64,000 nt of DNA from the human T2T-CHM13v2.0 reference genome, Homo sapiens, in assembly GCF_009914755.1 (NCBI RefSeq), contig NC_060933.1; one strand, written 5' to 3'. The position numbers were made by a program, and so were the translations under genes. The stretch's first letter is position 1, and every line of letters begins with the position of its first letter. The notes beneath the pieces are model-generated. The model was not told the DNA's origin. It saw only the letters and a program-made list of their open reading frames with translations, and ran no database searches. This document shows positions 54,731 through 64,000 of this stretch, in pieces.

Positions 54731-57700
54731 AATGTAATGGAATGGAATGGCATCAACTCGATTGCAATCGAATGGAATGGAATGGAATTAACCCGAATAG
54801 AATGGAATGGAATGGAATGGAACGGAACGGAACGGAATGGAATGGAATGGAATGGAATGGAATGGAATGCAACGGAAAGGAAGGGAATGGAATGGAATGG
54901 AATGGAATGGAATGGAATGGAATGGAATCAACGCGAGCGCAGGGGAATGGAATGGAAAGGAAGGCAATGGAATGGAATCTTCCGGAATGGAATGGAATGG
55001 AATGGAATAGAATGGAATCAACGCGAGTGCAATGGAATGGAGTGGAATGGAATGGAATGGAATGGAACAACCCGAATGGAATGGAATGATATGGAGAGTA
55101 AAGGAGTTGAATAGAATCAATCCGAATGTAATGGAATGGAAAGGAACGGTATGGAATTGAATGGAATGGAATGGAATGCAATGGAATGGAATCAACCCGA
55201 GTGCAATGGAATGGAGAGGAATGGAATGGAATGGAATGGAAACTACCCGAATGGAATGGAATGTAATGGAGTGTAAGGGAATTGAATAGAATCAATCCGA
55301 ATGTAATGGAATGGAATGGAACGCAATGGAATGGAATGGAATGGAATTGAATGGAATGGAATGGAACGAAACGGAATGGAATGGAATGGAATGGAATGGA
55401 ATCAACTCGATTGCAATCGAATGGAATGGAATGGAATTAACCCGAATAGAATGGAATGGAATGGAATGGAACGGAACGGAATGGAATGGAATGGAATGGA
55501 ATGGAATGGAACGGAACGGAATGGAATGGAATGGAATGGAATGGAATGGAATGGAATGGAAACAACGCGAGTGCAGGGGAATGGAATGGAATGGAATGCA
55601 ATGGAATGGAATCTTCCGGAATGGAATGGAATGGAATGGAATGGAATGGAATGGAATGGAATGGAATGCCTTCAAACCGAATGGAATGGAAAGGAATGGA
55701 ATCAACACGAGTGGAATAGAATGGAATGGAAAGGAATGGAATGGAATGGAATGGTACGGAATAGAATGGAATGGAACGAAATGGAATGGAATGGAATGGA
55801 ATGGAATGGAATGGAATGGAATGGAATGGAATCGTTCCTAGTGGAATAGGAGGGAATGAATTCGAGTGGAATGGAAAGGAATGGAATCAACAAGAGTGGA
55901 ATGGAAGGGAATGCAATGGAATGGAAATTAATAGAATGGAATCAACCCGAGTGGAATGGAATGGAAAGGAATGGAATGGAATGGAATGGAATGGAATGGA
56001 ATGGAATGGAATCAACTCGATTGTAATGGATTGGAATGGAATGGAATGGAATGGAATGGAATGGAATGGAATGGAATTAACAGGAATACAATGGAATGGA
56101 ATGGAATGGAAGGGAACGGAATGGAGTGGAATGGAATGGAATCAACCCGAGTGCAGGGGAATGGAATGGAATGGAATGCAATGGAATGGAATGGAATGCA
56201 ATGGAATGGAATCATCCGGAATGGAATGGAATGGAATGGAATGCAAAGCAGTGGAATCAACTCGATTGCAATGGAATGGAATGGAATGGAAAGGAATACA
56301 ATGGAATCAACCCGAGTGGAATGGAATGGAAAGGACTGGAATGGAGTGGAATGGAATGGAATGGAATGGAATGGAATGGAATCAAATCGATTGGAATGGA
56401 ATGGAATGGAATGGAATGGAATGGAATGGAATGGAATTAACCCGAATAGAATGGAATGGAATGGAATGGAATGGAACGGAACGGAACGGAACAGAACGGA
56501 ATGGAATGGAATGGAATGGAATGGAATGGAATGAACCCAACTGCAGGGGAATGGAATGGAATGGAATGCAATGGAATGGATTCAACTTTAATGGAATGGA
56601 AAGAATGGAATCAACACGAGTGGAATGGCATGGATTGGAATGGAATGGAATGGAATCAACCCGAGTACAGGGGAATGGAATGGAATGGGATGCAATGGAA
56701 TGGAATAATCCGTAAAGGAATGGAAAGGAATGGAATGGAATGGAATGGAATGGAATGGAATGGAATGGAATCAACTCGATTGCAATCCAATGGAATGCAA
56801 TGGAAATAACCCGAATAGAATGGATTTGGAACGGAATGGAACGGAACGGAACGGAATGGAATGGAATGGAATGGAATGGAATGGAATGGAACGGAAAGGA
56901 ATGGAATGGAATGGAATCTAATGGAATGGAATGGAATGGACTGGAATCAACGCGAGTGCAGGGGAATGGAATGGAATGCAATGCAATGGAATGGAATCTT
57001 CCGGAATGGAATGGAATGGAATGGAACGGAATGGAATGGAATGGAATGGAATGGAATGGAATGGAGTGGAATGCAATGGAATGGAATCAACCCGAGTGCA
57101 ATGGAATGGAGAGATATGGAATGGAATGGAATGGAAACTACCCGAATGGAACGGAAAGTAATGGAGTGTCAGGGAATTGAATAGAATCAATCCGAATGTA
57201 ATGGAATGGAATGTAACGGAATGGAATGGAATGGAATGCAATGGAATGGAATCAACCCGAGTGCAATCGAATGGAATCGAATGGAATGGAGTGCAATGGA
57301 ATGGATTCAACTTGAATGGAATGGAAAGAATGGAATGAACACTAGTGGAATGGCATGGATTGGAATGGAATGGAATGGAATCAACCCGAGTACAGGGGAA
57401 TGGAATGGAATGGAATGCAATGGAATGCAAAAATCCGTAATGGAATGGAAAGGAATGGAATGGAATGGAATCAACTCGATTGCAATCGAATGGAATGGAA
57501 TGGAATTAACCTGAATAGAATGGAATGGAATGGAATGGAACGGAACGGAATGGAATAGAATGGAATGGAATGCAATGGAACGGAACGGAATGGAGTGGAA
57601 TGGAATGGAATGGAATGGAATGGAATCAACGCGAGTGCAGGGTAATAGAATGGAATGGAATGCAATGGAATGGAATCTTCCGGAATGGAATGGAATGGAA

Positions 57701-58959
57701 TGGAATGAAATGCAATGGATACAACTCGAGTGCAATGGAATGGAATAGAATGGAATGGAATGGAATGGAATGGAATGGAATCAACTCGATTGCAATCGAA
57801 TGGAATGGAACGGAATGGATCGGAATGGAATGAAATGGAATGGAATGGAATGGAATGGAATGGTATGGAATGGAATGGAATGGTACGGAATAGAATGGAG
57901 GGAACGAATTGTAATGGAATGGAATGGAATGGAATGGAATGGAATGGAATTGAATGGAATCAACCCGAGTGCAGGGGAATGTAATGGAACGGAATGCAAT
58001 GCAATGGAATCATCTGGAATGGAATGGAATGGAATGGAAAGGAATGGAATGGAATGGAATCAACCCGAGTGCAATGGAATGGAGTGGAATGGAATGGAAT
58101 GGAATGCAATGGAATGGAATCAACCCAAGTTCAATTCAATGGAATGGAATGGAATGGAATGGAATGGAATGGAATGGAATGGAATTGAATGGAATGGAAT
58201 GCCTTCAAATCGAATGGAATGGAAAGGAATGGAATGAACACGAGTGGAATGGAATGGAATGGAAAGGAATGGAATGGAATGGAATGGTACGGAATAGTAT
58301 GGAATGCAACGAAAGGGAATGGAATGGAATGGAATGGAATGGAATGGAATGGAATGGAACGGAAAGGAATGGAATGGAATGGAATGGAATGGTATGGAAT
58401 GGAATGGAATCAACGCGAGTGCAGGGGAATGGAATGGAATGGAATGCAATGGAATGGAATCATCCGGAATGGAATGCAATGGAATGGAATACAAAGCAAT
58501 GGAATCAACTCGATTGCAATGGAATGGAATGGAATGGAAAGGAATACAATGGAATCAACCCGAGTGGAATGGAATGGAAAGGACTGGAATGGAGTGGAAT
58601 GGAATGGAATGGAATGGAATGGAATCAACTCGATTGGAATGGAATGGAATGGAATGGAATGGAATTAACCCGAATAGAATGGAATGGAATGGAATGGAAC
58701 GGAACGGAATGGAATGGAATGGAATGGAATGGAATGGAATGGAATGGAATGGAATCAACCCGACTGCAGGGGAATGGAATGGAATGGAATGCAATGGAAT
58801 GGATTCAACTTGAATGGAATGGAAAGAATGGAATCAACACGAGTGGAATGGCATGGATTGGAATGGAATGGAATGGAATCAACCCGAGTACAGGGGAATG
58901 GAATGGAATGGAATGCAATGGAATGGAATCATCCGTAATGGAATGGAAAGGAATGGAAT

Positions 58960-61900
58960 GGAATGGAAAGGAATGGAATGGAATCAACCCGAGTGCAGGG
59001 GAATGGAATGGAATGGAAGGCAATGGAATGCAATCATCCGGAATTGAATGGAATGGAATGGAATGGAATGGAATCAACTCGATTGCAATGGAATGTAATG
59101 GAATGGAATGGAATGGAATTAACCCTAATAGAATGGAATGGAATGGAATGGAAGGGAATGGAATGGAATGGAATTAACCGGAATAGAATGCAATGGAATG
59201 GAATGGAATGGAATGGAATGGAATGGAATGAAATGGAATCAACTCGATTTCAATGGAATGGAATGGAATGCAATGGAATGGAATGGAATGGAATGGAATG
59301 AAATTAACCCGAATAGAATGGAATGGAATGGAATGGAATGGAATGGAATGGAATGGAATAGAGTGGAATGGAATGGAATGGAATAGAATGGAATCCACCT
59401 GAGTGCAGGGGAATGGAATGGAATGGAATGCAATGGAATGGAATCATACGGAATGGAATGGAATGGAATGGAATGGAATCAACCCGATTGCAATGGAATG
59501 GAGTGTAATGGAATGGAATGGAATGGAAACAACCCGAATGGAATGGAATGGAATGGAGTGTAAGGGAAGTGAATAGAATCAATACGAATGTAATGGAATG
59601 GAATGGAGTGTAAGGGAAGTGAATAGAATCAATACGAATGTAATGGAATGGAATGGAACGGAATGGAATGCAATGGAATGGAATGGAATCCAATGGAATG
59701 GGTTCAACCCGAGTGCAATGGAATGGAATCGAAAGTAATGGAATGGAATGGAATGGATTCAACACGAATGGAATGGAAAGGAATGGAATCAACCCGAGTG
59801 GAATGGAATTTAATGGAATGGAATGGAATGGAATGCAGTGAAATGGAATCAAACCTAGTGCAATGGAATGGAATGGAATGGAATGGAATGGATTAGATTC
59901 AACCCAAATGGAATGGAAAGTAATGGAATCAACCCGAGTGGAATGGCATGGAATGGAGTGGAATGGCATGGAATGGAATGGAATGGAATGGAATGGAAAG
60001 GTATGGAATAGAATGGAATGGAACGGAATGGAATGGAATGGAATGGAATGGAAAGGTACGGAATAGAATGGAATGGAACGAAATGGAATGGAATGGAATG
60101 GAATGGAATGGAATGGAATGGAATAGAATGGAATCCACCCGATTGCAGGGGAATGGAATGGAATGGAATGCAATGGAATGGAATGGAATGGATTCAACCC
60201 GAATGGAATGGAAAGGAAAGGAATAAACCCGAGTGAAATGGCATGGAAGGGAATGGAATGGAATGCAATGGTACGGAGTAGAATGGAATGGAACGAAATG
60301 GAATGGAATGGAATGGAATGGAATGGAATTTGATTTAATGAACCCGTGAGCAATGGAATGGAATGGAATGGAATGGAATGGAATGGGTTCAACTCGAATG
60401 GAATGGAAAGGAATGGAATCAACCCGAGTGGAATGGCATGGAATGGAATGGAATGGAATAGAATGGAATGGAATGGAATGGAATGGAATGGATTCAACCC
60501 GAATGGAATGGATTCAACCCGAATGGAATGGAAAGGAACGGAATAAACCCGAGTGGAATGGCATGGAATGGAGTGGAATGGAATGGAATGGAAGGGAATG
60601 GTACGGAATAGAATGGAATGGAACGAAATGGAATGGAATGGAATGGAATGGAATGGAATGGAATGGAATGGAATGAACCCGTGTGCAATTGAATGGAATC
60701 GAATGGAATGGAATGCAATGGAATGGATTCAACTAGAATGGAATGGAAAGGAATGGAATCAACCCGAGTGGAATGGCATGGCATGGAATGGAATGGAATG
60801 GAATGGAATGGAATGGAAAGGTACGGAATAGAATGGAATCCACCCGATTGCAGGGGAATGGAATTGAACGGAATGCAATGGAATGGAATGGAATGGATTC
60901 AACCCGAATGGAATGGAAAGGAATGGAATCAACCCGAGTGGAATGGCATGGAATGGAATGGAATGGAATGGAATGGTACGGAATAGAATGGAATGGAACG
61001 AAATGGAATGGAATGGAATGGAATGGAATGGAATGGAATGGAATCAACCTGAGGGTAATGGAATGGAGTGGAATGGAATGTAATGGAAGGGAAACAACGC
61101 GAATGGAATGGAATGTAATGGAGTGTAAGGGAATTGAATACAATCAATCCGAATGTAATGGAATGGAATGGAACGGAATGGAATGGAATGGAATGGAATG
61201 GAATGGAATGAAATGGAATGGCAGGGAATGGAATGGAATCAACCCGAGTGCAAAGGAATGGAATGGAATGGAATGGAATGGAATGGAATGGATTCAACCC
61301 GAATGGAATGGAAAGGAATGTAATAAACCTGAGTGGAATGGCATGGAATGGAATGGAATGGAATGGAATGGTACGGAATAGAATGGAATGGAACGAAATG
61401 GAATGGAATGGAATGGAATCAACCTGAGTGCAATGGAATGGAGTGGAATGGAATGTAATGGAATGGAAACAACCCGAATGGAATGGAATGTTATGGAGTG
61501 TAAGGGAATTGAATACAATCAATCCGAATGTAATGGAATGGAATGGAACGGAATGGAATGGAATGGAATGCAGTGGAATGGAATCAAACCTAGTGCAATG
61601 GAATGGAATGGAATGAAATGGAATGGATTGTATTCAACCCAAATGGAATGGAAAGCAATGGAATCAACCCGACTGGAATGGCATGGAATGGAATGTAATG
61701 GAATGGAATGGAATGGTACAGAATAAAATGGAATGGAACGAAATAGAATGGAATGGAATGGAATGGAACGGAATGGAATGGAATCAACTCGATTGCAATG
61801 GAATGTAATGGAATGGAATGGAATGGAATTAACGCGAATAGAATGGAATGGAATGTAATGGAACGGAATGGAATGGAATGGGATGGAATGGAATCAATCT

Positions 61901-64000
61901 GAGTGCAGGAGAATGGAATGGAATGGAATGCAATGGAATGGAATGGAATGGAATGGAATGGAATGGAATGCAATGGAATCAACTAGATTGCAATGGGATG
62001 GAATGGAATGGAATGGAATGGAAGGGAATGGAATGGAATGGAATTAACCTGAACAGATTGGAATGGAATGGAATGGAACGGAATGGAATGGAATGGAATG
62101 GAATGGAATGGAATGCAATGCAATGGGATCAACCCGAGAGCAGGGGAATGGAATGGAATGGAATGCAATGGAATGGAATCAATCAACACGAGTGCAATAG
62201 AATGCAGTGGAATGGAATGGAATGGAATGGAAAGTACCCGAATGGAAAGGAATGTAATGGAGTGTAAGGGAATTAAAAAGAATCAATCCGAATGTAATGG
62301 AATGGAATGGAACGGAATGGAATGGAATGGAATGGAATGGAATGGAATGAAATGGAATGGCATGGAATGGAATGGAATCAACCCGAGTTCAATGGATTGG
62401 AATCAAATGGAATGGAATGGAATGGAATGGATTCAACCCGAATGGAATGGAAAGGAATGGGATCAACCAGAGTGAAATGGAATGGAATCGAAAGGAATGG
62501 AATGGAATGGAATGGTTTCAACCCGAATGGAATGGAAAGGAATGGAATCAACCCGAGTGGAATGGAATGGAATGGAATGGAATGGAATGGAATGGGTTCA
62601 ACTCGAATGGAATGGAAAGGAATGGAATCAACCCGAGTGGAATGGCATGGAATGGAATGGAATGGAATGGAGTGGAATGGAAGGGAATGGAATGGAATGG
62701 AATTAACCTGAACAGAATGGAAGGGAATGGAATGGAACGGAACGGAATGGAATGGAATGGAATGGAATGGAATGGAATGCAATGGAATGGGATCAACCAG
62801 AGTACAGGGGAATGGAATGCAATGGAATGCAATGGAATGGAATCAAACGGAATGGAATGGAATGGAATGGAATGCAATGGAATGGAATCAATCAACCCGA
62901 GTGCAATAGAATGCAGTGGAATGGAATGGAATGGTATGGAAACTACCCGAATGGAATAGAATGTAATGGAGTGTAAGGGAATTAAAAAGAATCAATCCGA
63001 ATGTAATGGAATTGAATGGAACGGAATGGAATGGAATGGAATGGAATGGAATGGAATGGAATTAACCCGAATAGAATGGAATGGAATGGAATGGAATGGA
63101 ATGGAATGGAAGTAAATGAATGGAATGTAATGAACCCGAGTGCAGGGGAATGGAATGGAATGGAATGCAATGGAATGGAGTCATCCGGAATGGAACAGAA
63201 AGGAATGGAATGGAATCAACCCGTGTGCAGTGGAATGGAAAGGAATGGAATGGAATGGAATGGAATGGAATGGAATGGAATGGATTCAACCCGAATGGAA
63301 TGGAAAGGAAGGGAATTAACCCAAGTGGAATGGCATGGAATGGAATGGAATGGAATGGAATATAATGGAATGGAATGGTACCGAGTAGAATGGAATGGAA
63401 CGAAATGGAATAGAATGGAATGGAATGGAATGCAATCAACCCGAGTGCAATGGAATGGAGTGGAATGGAATGGAATGACATGGAAACAACCCGAATGGAA
63501 TGGAATGAAATGGAGTGTAAGGGAATTGAATACAATCAATCCGAATGTAATGGAATGGAATGGAACGGAATGGAATGGAATGGAATGGAATGCAGTGGAA
63601 TGGAATCAAACCTAGTGCAATGGAATGGAATGGAATGGAAAGGAATGGAATGGAATGGAATGGATTCAACCCAAATGGAATGGAAAGCAATGGAATCAAC
63701 CCGAGTGGAATGGCATGGAATGGAATGGAATGGAATGGAATGGAATGGAATGGAATGGTACGGAATAGAATGGAATGGAACGAAATGGAATGGAATGGAA
63801 TGGAATGGAACGGAATGGAATGGAATCAACTCGATTGCAATGGAATGTAATGGAATGGAATGGAATGCAATTAACGCGAATAGAATGGAAAGGAATGGAA
63901 TGGAACGGAATGGAATGGAATGGAATCGAATGGAATCAACCTGAGTGCAGGGGAATGGAATGGAATGGAATGCAATGGAATGTAATGGAATGGAATGCAA
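58960..64000 (-). repeat. HSat3 sub-type B block (far right, inverted)
   Basis: B modules resume (TTAACCCTAATAG ~59119, AATCATACGG ~59442, CAAACCTAG ~59850/61585/63607, AATTAAAAAGAATC ~62271/62980). Confidence 0.7.
59551..59650 (-). repeat. 50-bp exact tandem duplication of the complex landmark module
   Basis: gaatggagtgtaagggaagtgaatagaatcaatacgaatgtaatggaatg occurs twice in tandem. It is single-copy in the homologous block at ~29441-29495. Confidence 0.92.

Larger units (their letters stand above)
45060..58960 (-). repeat. HSat3 sub-type A block (right, inverted)
   Basis: A modules resume at GGAAAGGACTGG (~45069), followed by GGAGAGTAAGGGAGTTGAA, CAACGCGAGTGCAGGGG, GGAATCTTCCGGAAT and AGGAGGGAATGTATTCGAG. 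Confidence 0.7.
34101..64000 (-). repeat. Human Satellite III (HSat3) array in inverted orientation, G-rich (GGAAT)n on +
   Basis: Continuous GGAAT pentamers carrying the same modules as the left half in reverse complement (CAACCCGAGT, CAACTCGATTGCA, AATCATCCGG, AATTAACCCGAAT). Confidence 0.97.

Noticed and set aside
44-64000. Hundreds of ORFs in the six-frame track (MEWNG- and FHSIP-type), up to 482 aa (43248..44696)
   Set aside because: (GGAAT)n and (ATTCC)n contain no stop codon in any frame, so overlapping ORFs on both strands are expected. There is no domain content or gene structure.
1-64000. CRISPR-like appearance of conserved modules separated by variable tracts
   Set aside because: The intervening tracts are pentamer repeats rather than unique spacers, module spacing is irregular, and no cas genes are present.
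1-64000. HSat2, alpha satellite, telomeric repeat or embedded Alu/L1
   Set aside because: CATTCGATTC is only sporadic, and there is no 171-bp monomer, TTAGGG tract, poly-A tail or non-satellite stretch anywhere in the window.
34101-64000. Canonical G-quadruplex motifs on the G-rich strand
   Set aside because: Runs are almost all GG, with isolated GGG/GGGG too far apart for the G3+ four-tract pattern. Non-canonical (GGAAT)n fold-backs cannot be assessed from sequence alone.
1-64000. Definite assignment to chromosome 9q12 (HSat3B5)
   Set aside because: The motifs and internal inversion are compatible with it, but without unique flanks or a subfamily k-mer comparison I cannot exclude other HSat3 arrays or a great-ape source.

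Overview
The whole 64 kb window is classical human/hominid Satellite III (HSat3): a (CATTC)n/(GAATG)n pentamer array interrupted by recurrent variant modules such as CAACCCGAGT. I find no credible gene, transposon or unique sequence. Every listed ORF is an artefact of the stop-free pentamer (poly-MEWNG / poly-FHSIP). I cannot support a new protein-coding system; the real structure is at DNA level. (1) A sharp strand switch at 34100/34101 is flanked by diverged ~0.9 kb inverted arms that share a private 65-bp duplication, which points to a fold-back inverted duplication rather than a plain inversion. (2) Two sequence sub-types are arranged A-B | B-A-B around that switch. (3) There are nested tandem duplications of different ages, including apparently exact 893-bp and near-exact 2627-bp copies. 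(4) About 22 perfect three-unit heat-shock elements (nGAAnnTTCnnGAAn) are made by one variant module and are confined to sub-type A. The motif content and internal inversion fit the chr9q12-type HSat3 array, but that placement is inference. All alignments were done by eye or from offsets between identical ORF translations.
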